Below, piece by piece: positions 45,834-55,766 of a stretch of DNA of 64,000 nt. How positions within the stretch are numbered: position 1 is the first letter of the stretch; each line of letters starts with the position of its first letter. This stretch comes from an uncultured Pelagibacteraceae bacterium. Its GTDB lineage: Bacteria > Pseudomonadota > Alphaproteobacteria > Pelagibacterales > Pelagibacteraceae. The DNA is taken from contig CACBYE010000004.1 of assembly GCA_902543375.1 (NCBI GenBank), positions 5,869 through 69,868 on the forward strand, in the 5' to 3' direction. The notes under the pieces are model-generated. The model saw only the letters and a program-made list of their open reading frames with translations. It was not told the DNA's origin and made no database searches. The position numbers were made by a program, and so were the translations under genes.

Positions 45834-46564
45834 AAAATAAAGTTTTCATCAATTTTTAGTAGGTTTGTTTTAATAAATTGTATTTTTTTTTCTAAAATTG
45901 GGTCGAGATTATTCAATTTTTTTTCAATCATTAAATGCGAAAAAACCTCTGCCATATCTTCAGACGCGGTAGATTGTGAATATTCAGAGAAAAAACCCTT
46001 AGTATTTATATACGTATCTAGACCAAGCTTATCAGTACAGGTAGAACATTTAGCATATTTGAATTCGTTCACATTAAAATTAGTCCAAACCTTTTCATTA
46101 AATAATTCCTCAAAACTATCGTTAATGATATGAAAAACTTCGTGATGAATTACTCTTTCAAAATATTTTTCATTAAACCTAACATCTAATATAAGAGTTT
46201 TCATCACATGATCTGGTATCCCAGCAGTATTTATTTTTGATATTGATAAATCTTCACATAAAACAATATATTTAAGATTAATTTTTTTTAAAAATTTTTG
46301 ACTATATTTATTTAGATTTCTTTGAATTATTTTGTATTTTTTATCAATTGTTTCTTTTTTTGAATTGTAACAACTAATATTATTATCAATCCCTAATGTG
46401 AAAGGTTGTTTGGCATAAAAATACCTTAGCTTATTTGGAGTTTTGATGTCATAAATTTCTAAATTTGGAATTTTAATTAGATTATAAATTGTATCTGCAT
46501 AGATTTGAGAAGAAATAAATGAAGAAAGTATAATCAATATAATTAATCTCATAAATTTACACAT
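45830..46564 (-). CDS. secreted hypothetical protein with HExxH motif (putative zinc metallopeptidase-like)
   Basis: 244 aa. Signal peptide ...SSQIYA, and a single HEVFH within VIHHEVFHIIND. I recognise no other family signature. Confidence 0.45.
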   Translation of the reverse strand: MCKFMRLIILIILSSFISSQIYADTIYNLIKIPNLEIYDIKTPNKLRYFYAKQPFTLGIDNNISCYNSKKETIDKKYKIIQRNLNKYSQKFLKKINLKYIVLCEDLSISKINTAGIPDHVMKTLILDVRFNEKYFERVIHHEVFHIINDSFEELFNEKVWTNFNVNEFKYAKCSTCTDKLGLDTYINTKGFFSEYSQSTASEDMAEVFSHLMIEKKLNNLDPILEKKIQFIKTNLLKIDENFIL

Positions 46565-46605
46565 AGAAGATATTCCAATTTAGATGAATGTGATACAGTT
46601 TTACT

Positions 46606-47565
46606 GTGAAAAAAAAAGGAAATAAAGATCCAATCCAACCTGTAAGTGGTACAAAAGTACCCAGATTTGCTGGACCCTCAACCTTTGCAAGATTACCTGA
46701 GTTAAGAGATGTTGAAAGTTGTGATGTTGCAATTGTTGGTATTCCATTTGATGCAGGCACAAGTTATAGACCAGGTGCAAGATTTGGACCTCAGCATATT
46801 AGACAAGCTTCTCGACACTTAAGAACAAATTATCATCCAAGCTATGATGTTGAACCTTTTAAAGTACAACAAGTTGCAGATGCTGGGGATATTACTTGTA
46901 ATCCTTTTAATATAGAAGAGGCAATCAAACAGATAGAAACAGGAGCTGAGGAATTATTAAATAAAGTTGGAGGCATTATAAGTTTAGGGGGTGACCACAC
47001 AATTGCATTTCCGTTGTTAAAGGCTGTTAACAAAATTAACAATGGTCCAGTAGCTCTAGTTCATTTTGATGCTCATCTAGATACTTGGGATACATATTTT
47101 GGTGCACCTTACACCCATGGTACACCCTTTAGAAGAGCTAGAGAGGAAAACTTATTTTTAGATGATGCCTCTATGCATGTAGGTATAAGAGGTCCATTAT
47201 ATAGTAGAGAGGATTTAAAAAATGACGAAAGTTTTGGGTTTAAAATAATTCATTGTGATGAATTCCAAACACAGGGCGCAGATAAAATAGCTGAAAGAAT
47301 TAAAAAAAGGGTAGGAAATAATCCTTTGTACTTATCTATAGATATTGATGTATTGGATCCTGCTTTTGCCCCTGGTACAGGTACTCCAGAAGTAGCTGGA
47401 ATGACATCAAGAGAAATGATCAATGTTCTTAGAGGTTTATCGGGATTAAATTTAATATCAGCAGATGTGGTTGAAGTTTCTCCAGCATATGATCATGCTG
47501 AAGTTACTTCTCTTGCTGCTGCAACTATAGTATATGAATTAACAAATTTATTTGCAAAAAAATAA
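46606..47565 (+). CDS. ureohydrolase family enzyme (agmatinase / guanidinobutyrase / guanidinopropionase-like)
   Basis: 319 aa with a GTG start. Arginase-fold Mn ligand motifs GGDHTIAFP, HFDAHLDT, SIDIDVLDP and EVSPAYD. N-terminal VPRFAGPSTFARLP resembles the guanidino-acid hydrolases. Confidence 0.8.
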   Translation: MKKKGNKDPIQPVSGTKVPRFAGPSTFARLPELRDVESCDVAIVGIPFDAGTSYRPGARFGPQHIRQASRHLRTNYHPSYDVEPFKVQQVADAGDITCNPFNIEEAIKQIETGAEELLNKVGGIISLGGDHTIAFPLLKAVNKINNGPVALVHFDAHLDTWDTYFGAPYTHGTPFRRAREENLFLDDASMHVGIRGPLYSREDLKNDESFGFKIIHCDEFQTQGADKIAERIKKRVGNNPLYLSIDIDVLDPAFAPGTGTPEVAGMTSREMINVLRGLSGLNLISADVVEVSPAYDHAEVTSLAAATIVYELTNLFAKK

Positions 47566-47582
47566 TCAAGGCTTAGATTTTT

Positions 47583-49016
47583 ATGGAGAATAAAAAAAAT
47601 TTTTATATTGAAGGTAAATGGCAAGAGCCTCAAAGCACACAGGAGATTAAAGTTATCAATCCTGCAACAGAGGAAAATAGTGCTGTTATAACTTTAGGAA
47701 ACAAAGATGATGTTAATCGTGCAGTAAGTTCAGCTAAAAAAGCTTATGAGACTTGGGCTTTTTCTTTGAAAGAAGAAAGAATAAAATTATTAGAAAAACT
47801 ATACGAAAATTATAAAAAAAGGTGGGCGGATATTGCAAAAGCAATCACGCTAGAAATGGGTGCTCCCAAGGATTTTGCAACAAAACTTCAAGCTGGCACT
47901 GGTGCGGCACATATAAAATCTTTTATTAGACATTTAAAAAATTTTGAATTTGAAAAACCTTTAGGTGATCATGCACCAAATCAAAGACTTATTTATGAAC
48001 CCAAAGGAGTTTGTGCATTAATTACACCTTGGAATTGGCCAATGAATCAAGTTTGTTTGAAAGTTATACCTGCAATAGCCTCTGGATGTACAATGGTTCT
48101 GAAACCATCTGAATTGGCCCCATTGTCATCAATGATTCTAGCTGAATTAATTGACGAAACTAATTTCCCTCCAGGAGTTTTTAATTTAATTAATGGCGAT
48201 GGGTCTACAACAGGAGAAGCATTAACCAGACATCCTGATATTGATATGATTTCTTTTACAGGTTCAACGAGAGCTGGAGCATTAATTTCACGAAATGCTG
48301 CAAGTGACTTTAAAAGAGTGAGTTTAGAATTAGGTGGCAAAGGAGCCAATATTATTTTTAAAGATGCAGATCCAAGTGCTATTGAATGGGGTGCTTTGAG
48401 ATGTTTTAAAAATTCTGGTCAATCTTGTAATGCACCAACGAGAATGCTTATTGAAAAGTCTAATTATAATCAAGCAATTGAAAAATTAAAAAAATTTTCT
48501 GAAGAAATGCAGGTCGGGGATCCCAATAAAGAGGGAGAACATATCGGTCCTGTAGTTTCGGAAACGCAATATAACAAGATACAGTCTTTAATTCAAAAAG
48601 GTATTGATGAGGGAGCCAAACTTGTAGCTGGAGGACTAGGAAAACCTGCTGGTCTTGAAAAAGGATATTTTGTAAAACCAACAGTATTTGCTGATGTAGA
48701 TAATAAAATGGAGATTGCTAGAACTGAAATCTTTGGACCTGTTTTGTCTGTAATTCCGTTTGAAACTGAGGATGAAGCTATAAAAATAGCTAATGACACT
48801 TCTTACGGTTTAACAAATTATATTCAAACTAAAGATAAAGAAAAAGCTAGAAGAGTTGCAAAAAAATTAAGATCCGGAATGGTTGACGTAAATGGTGCTG
48901 GAATTGCGATTGATACTCCATTTGGTGGTTTTAAACATTCAGGTATTGGTAGAGAAGCAGGTGAACATGGTCTTCAAGAATTTTTGGAGGTTAAATCGGT
49001 AGGTGGTTGGAATTAA
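47583..49016 (+). CDS. NAD(P)-dependent aldehyde dehydrogenase
   Basis: 477 aa. Catalytic Glu in ELGGKGANI, catalytic Cys in GQSCNAPTR, and FTGST. Confidence 0.85.
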   Translation: MENKKNFYIEGKWQEPQSTQEIKVINPATEENSAVITLGNKDDVNRAVSSAKKAYETWAFSLKEERIKLLEKLYENYKKRWADIAKAITLEMGAPKDFATKLQAGTGAAHIKSFIRHLKNFEFEKPLGDHAPNQRLIYEPKGVCALITPWNWPMNQVCLKVIPAIASGCTMVLKPSELAPLSSMILAELIDETNFPPGVFNLINGDGSTTGEALTRHPDIDMISFTGSTRAGALISRNAASDFKRVSLELGGKGANIIFKDADPSAIEWGALRCFKNSGQSCNAPTRMLIEKSNYNQAIEKLKKFSEEMQVGDPNKEGEHIGPVVSETQYNKIQSLIQKGIDEGAKLVAGGLGKPAGLEKGYFVKPTVFADVDNKMEIARTEIFGPVLSVIPFETEDEAIKIANDTSYGLTNYIQTKDKEKARRVAKKLRSGMVDVNGAGIAIDTPFGGFKHSGIGREAGEHGLQEFLEVKSVGGWN

Positions 49017-50191
49017 TTTATTGATCTGTTTTTAATACCTTCTAGAAAATTTAAACATTTTTTTAATTCATCTAGTTCAATAAATTCATCAATTTTATGT
49101 GCTTGTTCAATAGAACCTGGTCCACATACGACTGTGCTTATACCCACTTCTTGAAATAACCCTGCCTCGGTGCCAAAAGATACAACTTGTCTTGAGTTAT
49201 CACCCGTGATTGAGGCAACAAATTCGCATGCTTCAGATGTATCTATTTTTTCAAAACCAATAACTTCTCCAATAATCTCTTTTTTAATATAAGATTTTGG
49301 GAAAACTTTTTTCATATCATTTAAAAGTTCATTATTTGCAAATTTTTCAATTTCTTGAGTTACAAAATCACCATCTGACTTATTGACTGGTCTAGTTTCC
49401 CATTCAACTTGACATTTATCAGCAATTACATTGTGTGCAATACCACCTGATATACCTCCTACAGATAAAGTAGAGTGTGGAGGATCAAATATGCAATTTT
49501 TTGGAGCACGTTTAATTAACTCCTTTCTAATATCTAATAGTTTATTAATATATCTTGATGCATATTCGATTGCATTAACACCCTCATGAGGCTTTGAACT
49601 GTGTCCAGCAAGACCTCCAAAGTACGTAGTATACTCATTCATACCTTTATGAGCATCAATAATTTTCATTTTTGTTGGCTCACCAACTATGCATATACCA
49701 TTTTTAATATTTCTTTTTTTCATTTCTTTAATCAAAAGTGGTGCACCTATACATGCCGTCTCTTCATCAAAAGTAAAGCAAAAATGAAAATCACGGTCTA
49801 AATTATTTTGAGTAAGTATTGGGGCATAGGCAAGAGTGCATGCAATAAATCCTTTCATATCACAAGATCCCCTGCCGTATAATTTTTTATCTTTTATTGT
49901 TGCCTTAAAAGGATCTGTTGACCATCCTTTTGAAACTGGAACTACATCAGTATGACCAGATAATATAATCGGTTTTTTTCCGTTTGTTTTTTTTGCCTTT
50001 AAAGTTCCAAATAAATTAACTCGTTTTTTCTCATCATCAAAAACTTTGAATGTTTCTATCCCAAGATTATTTAGGATTTTTTCACAATAATTTATTAATT
50101 TAGTATTATCACTTCCAGAAATAGTTTGAAAAGATATTAGATCAGTCAATATCTTTATTGATTTTTCGTATAAATTGTTATCAATACCCAT
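49013..50191 (-). CDS. M20 family deacylase (acetylornithine deacetylase ArgE-like)
   Basis: 392 aa. LSGHTDVVP, GRGSCDMKG and the ArgE/DapE-type dimerisation insert. Confidence 0.7.
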   Translation of the reverse strand: MGIDNNLYEKSIKILTDLISFQTISGSDNTKLINYCEKILNNLGIETFKVFDDEKKRVNLFGTLKAKKTNGKKPIILSGHTDVVPVSKGWSTDPFKATIKDKKLYGRGSCDMKGFIACTLAYAPILTQNNLDRDFHFCFTFDEETACIGAPLLIKEMKKRNIKNGICIVGEPTKMKIIDAHKGMNEYTTYFGGLAGHSSKPHEGVNAIEYASRYINKLLDIRKELIKRAPKNCIFDPPHSTLSVGGISGGIAHNVIADKCQVEWETRPVNKSDGDFVTQEIEKFANNELLNDMKKVFPKSYIKKEIIGEVIGFEKIDTSEACEFVASITGDNSRQVVSFGTEAGLFQEVGISTVVCGPGSIEQAHKIDEFIELDELKKCLNFLEGIKNRSIN

Positions 50192-50217
50192 AATTAAATC
50201 AATTATACATTATTATT

Positions 50218-50559
50218 ATGAAACCACAAATAACCTACGATCAATTTGAAAAAATAGATATTAGACTTGGAACTGTATTAACAGTAAAAAAAAATGAAAA
50301 AGCTAGAAAACCATCTTTAGTTGTTGAAGTTGATTTTGGTAAAGAAATTGGTGTTAAGACCTCATCAGCTCAAATAACACATTTTTACAATGAGGAAAAC
50401 TTAGTTGGTAAACAAGTTATTGGTGTTTGTAACTTTCCAGAAAAAAATATAGCTGGTGTAAAATCGCAGTTTTTACTTTTAGGCTCTATTGATCCTGAGG
50501 GTAAAGTTACATTAGTCCACCCATCTCAAAAAGCAGAGAATGGTTTGCCTATAGCTTAA
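50218..50559 (+). CDS. tRNA-binding domain protein (CsaA/YgjH, EMAP-like OB fold)
   Basis: 113 aa. IDIRLGTVLTVKKNEKARKP..VVEVDFG and SQFLLLG. Confidence 0.75.
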   Translation: MKPQITYDQFEKIDIRLGTVLTVKKNEKARKPSLVVEVDFGKEIGVKTSSAQITHFYNEENLVGKQVIGVCNFPEKNIAGVKSQFLLLGSIDPEGKVTLVHPSQKAENGLPIA

Positions 50560-50561
50560 AT

Positions 50562-51152
50562 ATGCATCCAGAATTTTTATCTATGGCATTATTTTGGATA
50601 GTAGCCGCATATACGCCTGGCCCAAATAATATAGTTGCATCATATTCAGGTTTTAATTTTGGAATTAAAAAAACAATTCCACATATATTTGGTGTCACTC
50701 TTGGATTTACTTCTGTTGTATTAGCATTAACTATTGGTTTAGTTAATATTTTTAAATTATTTCCAATCATTCAAACTATATTAAAATATTTGGGAAGTTT
50801 ATTTTTAATTTATTTAGCTTACAAAATTAGTTTTTCAAAATCTTCTGCAGAAAAAAAAGATAAAAATCCGATATCTTTTTTAGACACTTTTATATTTCAA
50901 TTTTTAAATCCAAAGGGTGTTTTGATAGGAATAATCATAGTATCCACATATGTTGAATATGGAGAAAATTATTTAAATTACGCGACTCAAGTTGTCTTGT
51001 TTGCTTTTCTCGTGTCCTTATCAAGTATCACTTTTTGGACTTTAGTGGGTAAATACCTTAGGAAATTTGCGACAAATGAGAAATTTATTAAATACTTTAA
51101 TTATGTTATGTCAGGGCTTCTTCTTTTGAGCATAATTACATTTTATATATAA
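50562..51152 (+). CDS. LysE/RhtB family amino-acid exporter
   Basis: 196 aa with 5-6 TM helices. N-terminal TPGPNN motif. Confidence 0.75.
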   Translation: MHPEFLSMALFWIVAAYTPGPNNIVASYSGFNFGIKKTIPHIFGVTLGFTSVVLALTIGLVNIFKLFPIIQTILKYLGSLFLIYLAYKISFSKSSAEKKDKNPISFLDTFIFQFLNPKGVLIGIIIVSTYVEYGENYLNYATQVVLFAFLVSLSSITFWTLVGKYLRKFATNEKFIKYFNYVMSGLLLLSIITFYI

Positions 51153-51155
51153 AGC

Positions 51156-53825
51156 ATGAAACCAGGAAATAAAAACTCTTACAAATCTTTATCAAATCTA
51201 AAGGTGAACGGAAAAGATTTTAAGATTTATTCTTTATCAAAAGCAGAGGCAAATGGATTAGATGGTATATCAAAATTACCAAAGTCACTTAAAGTTTTGT
51301 TGGAAAACCTTTTGAGATATGAGGACGATCTATCAGTAAATAGAAATCAAATCGAAGCAATTAAATCTTGGCTTCACACAAAAAGTTCTAAAACGGAGAT
51401 AGCTTATAGACCAGCGAGAGTTTTACTTCAGGACTATACAGGAATTCCAGCTGTGGCTGATTTAGCTGCAATGAGAGAGGCGGTAAAAGAAAAAAATAAA
51501 GATCCAAACACTATCAATCCTTTGTCGGCAGTCGACTTAGTTATCGATCATTCAGTTCAAGTTGATCAATCCGCTAAAAAAGATTCTTTTGAGAAAAATG
51601 TGGATATTGAATTCAAGAGAAATGGGGAGAGATATTCTTTTTTAAAATGGGGTCAAAGTGCATTTGATAATTTTAGGATAGTTCCTCCAGGAACTGGAAT
51701 TTGTCACCAGGTCAATTTAGAATACTTGTCAAAAGTAGTTTGGTCAGAGAAATATAAAGGAGAAGAATATCTATTCCCTGATACACTTGTTGGAACCGAT
51801 AGTCATACAACAATGGTAAACGGTTTATCAGTTCTAGGTTGGGGAGTTGGTGGAATAGAAGCCGAAGCTGGCATGTTAGGACAACCAATTTCAATGTTAA
51901 TTCCTGAGGTTATAGGATTTGAATTTACAAAAAAAATGCCCGAAGGCACAACAGCTACAGATTTAGTTCTTACCGTAGTTAAAATGTTGAGAGACAAAGG
52001 TGTTGTCGGAAAGTTTGTAGAATTTTATGGCGAAGGATTAAAAAATCTTACATTAGCAGACAGAGCAACAATTGCCAATATGGCTCCTGAATATGGGGCC
52101 ACTTGCGGTTTTTTCCCTATAGATGGAGAAACATTAAAATATTTAGAATTTTCTGGAAGAGACAAAGAAACTGTCGAAATAGTTGAAAAATACGCAAAAG
52201 AGCAAGGTCTTTGGGCAAGTGATGAGATTGAATTCAGTGATAAGATTTCTTTAGATATGTCAACCGTAGTTCCAACAATTTCAGGACCCAAGAGACCACA
52301 AGACAAAGTTCTTTTATCAGATGCATCTAGTAATTTTAGAAAAGTATTTAAGGAAGCTACAAATAGAGAAGATTATAAAATTTTTAGGGTTAAAGATACA
52401 GATTACGAGATTAAAGATGGCTCAATTTTAATAGCCGCAATCACATCCTGTACTAACACTTCAAATCCAAATGTTTTAATTGGGGCAGGATTGCTTGCAA
52501 AAAAAGCAGTTGAGTTAGGGCTGAATGTAAAACCATGGGTCAAAACATCTTTAGCTCCAGGATCTAAAGTGGTTACCGATTATTTAGAAAAAGCTGGTTT
52601 GAACACTTATTTAGATCAATTAGGATTTAATTTGGTTGGCTATGGATGCACAACTTGCATTGGTAATTCAGGTCCATTAGCCGATAACATTGTTGAGGGT
52701 ATACAAAAAGAAAACTTATATGCTGTTTCAGTTTTATCAGGTAACAGAAACTTCGAAGGAAGGATTTCACCCCATGTTAAGGCAAATTATTTAGCATCTC
52801 CTCCACTAGTAGTAGCTTACGCACTTGCAGGTCATATGGAATTTGATTTATTTAAAGATTCATTTGGACAAGATAAAAATGGTAACGATGTTTTTTTAAA
52901 AGATATTTGGCCTTCAAATAAAGAAATAGAAGAAACATTGAAAAACTCACTTAACGCAGACATGTTTGTCAAAAGATATTCAAATGTTTCTGAAGGACCA
53001 AAACAATGGCAGGAAATTAAAACAGAAAAAAGTAGTATTTATAATTGGGATGAAAATTCTACTTACGTAAAAAAACCACCATTTTTTGATAATCTCACTG
53101 ATGAACCTGAAGGTTTTAAAGAAATAAAAAATGCGAGACCTTTACTAATTTTAGGTGATATGGTTACTACTGACCATATTTCTCCAGCAGGAAACATTCA
53201 AAAGAACAGTCCTACAGGTGAATATTTTATGAATTATCAAATTCTACCAAAAGACTATAACTCATATGGTTCAAGACGTGGAAATCATGAAGTTATGATG
53301 AGAGGAACTTTTGCAAATATAAGAATTAAAAACGAAATGGCACCTGGAACTGAAGGCGGTTTTACAAAATTATATCCCCAAGAAAAAGTAATGTCTGTTT
53401 ATGATGCGGTTGTAGAGTATAAAAAAAGAGGGACTGATTTAGTGATAATTGGTGGAAAAGAATATGGAACAGGTTCTTCTCGTGATTGGGCTGCAAAAGG
53501 TACAAAATTATTGGGTGTAAAGGTAGTAATAACTGAAAGTTTTGAGAGAATACATAGGTCTAATTTAATAGGAATGGGAATATTGCCACTACAATTTATT
53601 GATAATATGAATAGAAAAAACTTAAATTTAATAGGTTCAGAATTGATAAGTATAGTAGATATTGAGAAAGGTGTTAACCCATCTGATAAAGTAAAAGTAG
53701 AGATTAAATATTTATCAGGTGACGTCAAAATAATTGAAACTTTGTGCAGAATCGATACCAAAAATGAACTGGAGTACTATAAAAATGGTGGGATACTTCA
53801 GTACGTTCTAAGAAATATGATTTAA
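51156..53825 (+). CDS. acnA: aconitate hydratase A
   Basis: 889 aa. Motifs VGTDSHTT, ITSCTNTSNP and GCTTCIGNSG (the three cluster Cys), plus the C-terminal swivel domain. Confidence 0.95.
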   Translation: MKPGNKNSYKSLSNLKVNGKDFKIYSLSKAEANGLDGISKLPKSLKVLLENLLRYEDDLSVNRNQIEAIKSWLHTKSSKTEIAYRPARVLLQDYTGIPAVADLAAMREAVKEKNKDPNTINPLSAVDLVIDHSVQVDQSAKKDSFEKNVDIEFKRNGERYSFLKWGQSAFDNFRIVPPGTGICHQVNLEYLSKVVWSEKYKGEEYLFPDTLVGTDSHTTMVNGLSVLGWGVGGIEAEAGMLGQPISMLIPEVIGFEFTKKMPEGTTATDLVLTVVKMLRDKGVVGKFVEFYGEGLKNLTLADRATIANMAPEYGATCGFFPIDGETLKYLEFSGRDKETVEIVEKYAKEQGLWASDEIEFSDKISLDMSTVVPTISGPKRPQDKVLLSDASSNFRKVFKEATNREDYKIFRVKDTDYEIKDGSILIAAITSCTNTSNPNVLIGAGLLAKKAVELGLNVKPWVKTSLAPGSKVVTDYLEKAGLNTYLDQLGFNLVGYGCTTCIGNSGPLADNIVEGIQKENLYAVSVLSGNRNFEGRISPHVKANYLASPPLVVAYALAGHMEFDLFKDSFGQDKNGNDVFLKDIWPSNKEIEETLKNSLNADMFVKRYSNVSEGPKQWQEIKTEKSSIYNWDENSTYVKKPPFFDNLTDEPEGFKEIKNARPLLILGDMVTTDHISPAGNIQKNSPTGEYFMNYQILPKDYNSYGSRRGNHEVMMRGTFANIRIKNEMAPGTEGGFTKLYPQEKVMSVYDAVVEYKKRGTDLVIIGGKEYGTGSSRDWAAKGTKLLGVKVVITESFERIHRSNLIGMGILPLQFIDNMNRKNLNLIGSELISIVDIEKGVNPSDKVKVEIKYLSGDVKIIETLCRIDTKNELEYYKNGGILQYVLRNMI

Positions 53826-53827
53826 GT

Positions 53828-54472
53828 ATGGATGAGGATATTTCAATAATCAACGCCAACACGAGAAATGAAAAAATAAAAAATTTTTTTATCAAAAATA
53901 AAAATAGATTAATTTTAGCAATAATTGTTATTTCTGTATCTTTAATTGGTTATTTTTCTTTTGGTGAGTACAAAAATAAACAAAAAATAAGAATGTCAGA
54001 TGACTTCAATTCAATAATTATTGATTACTCGGAAAATAATAAAGAGCAAACAGCTCAAGATTTAATTACATTGATTAATAAAAAAGACCCAACTTATTCG
54101 CCATTATCCCTTTATTTTATTATAGATAATAAATTGATTGATGAAAAAAATAGAATAAATAAGTTGTTCAATATTATAATAGATGAAACCTCTCTTGATG
54201 ATGAAATTAGGAATTTGAATATTTACAAAAAAGCACTTTATAATGCTGATACCAGCAATGAAGTTGAACTTTTAAATATTCTTAATCCATTAATTAGGTC
54301 AGAGAGTATTTGGAAATCTCATGCATTATACTTAATGGCCGAATATTTTTATTCAAAAAATGAGATGCAAAAATCAAAAGAATTTTTTAATCAAATAATA
54401 AACTTAAATGAAGCAAATCAAGAAATTAAATTAGAAGCCCAAAAAAGACTTAATAGAGATTTAAGTGAATAA
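53828..54472 (+). CDS. YfgM-like single-pass membrane protein with periplasmic TPR-like domain
   Basis: 214 aa with one TM segment (LILAIIVISVSLIGYF). The helical C-domain and the conserved position immediately upstream of bamB support the call. Confidence 0.55.
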   Translation: MDEDISIINANTRNEKIKNFFIKNKNRLILAIIVISVSLIGYFSFGEYKNKQKIRMSDDFNSIIIDYSENNKEQTAQDLITLINKKDPTYSPLSLYFIIDNKLIDEKNRINKLFNIIIDETSLDDEIRNLNIYKKALYNADTSNEVELLNILNPLIRSESIWKSHALYLMAEYFYSKNEMQKSKEFFNQIINLNEANQEIKLEAQKRLNRDLSE

Positions 54473-55766
54473 AATTTTAAATTTATTTTTGATCATTATT
54501 TTTTGCTCTGGTTGTTCTTTAAATAAAAATTCAAAGTTTTGGTCCTCAGAAACAATAACTGAAGTTGGAGAAAAAAAATTTGAAAAAATTTTCAATGATA
54601 AAATAACTTTAAGTAAAGAATTAAATACAAATATAAATTTAAATTTTAGTTCAAAGCCTGGAAAGACAAAGTTATCAAAAAAACTTACAAATAATGATGG
54701 AAGGATTAATTTTGATGGATTACTAAAAAAATCCTCAAAATATAAGTTTTCAAAGATAGAAAATTTTTATCAGTTTGAACCTGTCATTTCTTTTAACAAA
54801 GAAAATATAATTTTCTTTGATGACAAGGGTACAATTTTACAATTTGATAAAAACTCAAAATTAATTTGGAAAAAAAATTATTATTCTAAATCGGAGAAAA
54901 AATTGGATCCAATTTTACAATTTGCAAACAATGATAAACTTTTAATAGTTGCGGACAATTTGACTAAATATTATATTTTGAATTTAGATACTGGAGATTT
55001 AATTTGGTCAAAAAACAATTCTGCACCATTTAATTCACAGATAAAAATATACAAAGATCGTTTTTTTATAATTGATTTTACAAATACATTAAGATGCTTT
55101 TCTTTAAAAGATGGAAAAGAACTATGGAATTTTCAAACAGAGTCATCACTAATCAGATCACAAAAAAAATTATCAATGGTAATTATCGGTGATGTTGTTT
55201 ACTTTAACAATTCTTTAGGAGACATAAGTGCAGTCAATATAAATAATGGTGGACTAATTTGGCAATTAGCCACACAAAGTAACGTAATTTATGAGTCAGC
55301 CTTTTCTCTTGAAACATCAGATATAATAGCCGATGAAAATAATTTGTTTTTTTCAAATAATAAAAATCAATTTTTTTCGGTTGATATAAAATCTGGAAGT
55401 TTTAATTGGGAAAATACTGTTAATTCAAATTTGAGGCCCACTCTAATTGAAAATTTTTTGATATCGGTTTCATTAGAAGGTTATTTAATAGTTATCGATA
55501 AATTTACAGGCAATATAATTAAAGTTACTGACGTTTTTGAAAATTTTAATCCAAAAAAACGAAATGAGATCTTTCCCACCGGATTTATTGTTGGATTGGA
55601 AAATATATATTTGTCAACAAATATAGGAAGATTATTAGTGATTGATATAAAATCTGGCAAAACAATTTCGACACTTAAAATTGATAATGACAAAATTTCA
55701 CGCCCTCATATTTTAAATAAAAATTTATATTTGGTTAAGGACAATGCTATAATTAAATTAAATTAA
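54465..55766 (+). CDS. bamB: outer membrane assembly lipoprotein BamB-like (PQQ-repeat beta-propeller)
   Basis: 433 aa with a GTG start. Lipoprotein-like N-terminus ...FCSGCS. Repeated G.LIW / G.ELW blades. Confidence 0.7.
   Translation: MNKILNLFLIIIFCSGCSLNKNSKFWSSETITEVGEKKFEKIFNDKITLSKELNTNINLNFSSKPGKTKLSKKLTNNDGRINFDGLLKKSSKYKFSKIENFYQFEPVISFNKENIIFFDDKGTILQFDKNSKLIWKKNYYSKSEKKLDPILQFANNDKLLIVADNLTKYYILNLDTGDLIWSKNNSAPFNSQIKIYKDRFFIIDFTNTLRCFSLKDGKELWNFQTESSLIRSQKKLSMVIIGDVVYFNNSLGDISAVNINNGGLIWQLATQSNVIYESAFSLETSDIIADENNLFFSNNKNQFFSVDIKSGSFNWENTVNSNLRPTLIENFLISVSLEGYLIVIDKFTGNIIKVTDVFENFNPKKRNEIFPTGFIVGLENIYLSTNIGRLLVIDIKSGKTISTLKIDNDKISRPHILNKNLYLVKDNAIIKLN

Noticed and set aside
53399-53761. 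120-aa ORF antisense to the acnA 3' region; the other short antisense ORFs in acnA (51712-52306) fall in the same class
   Set aside because: They are nested in aconitase on the opposite strand with no motifs. I reject them for the same reason as the other antisense ORFs.
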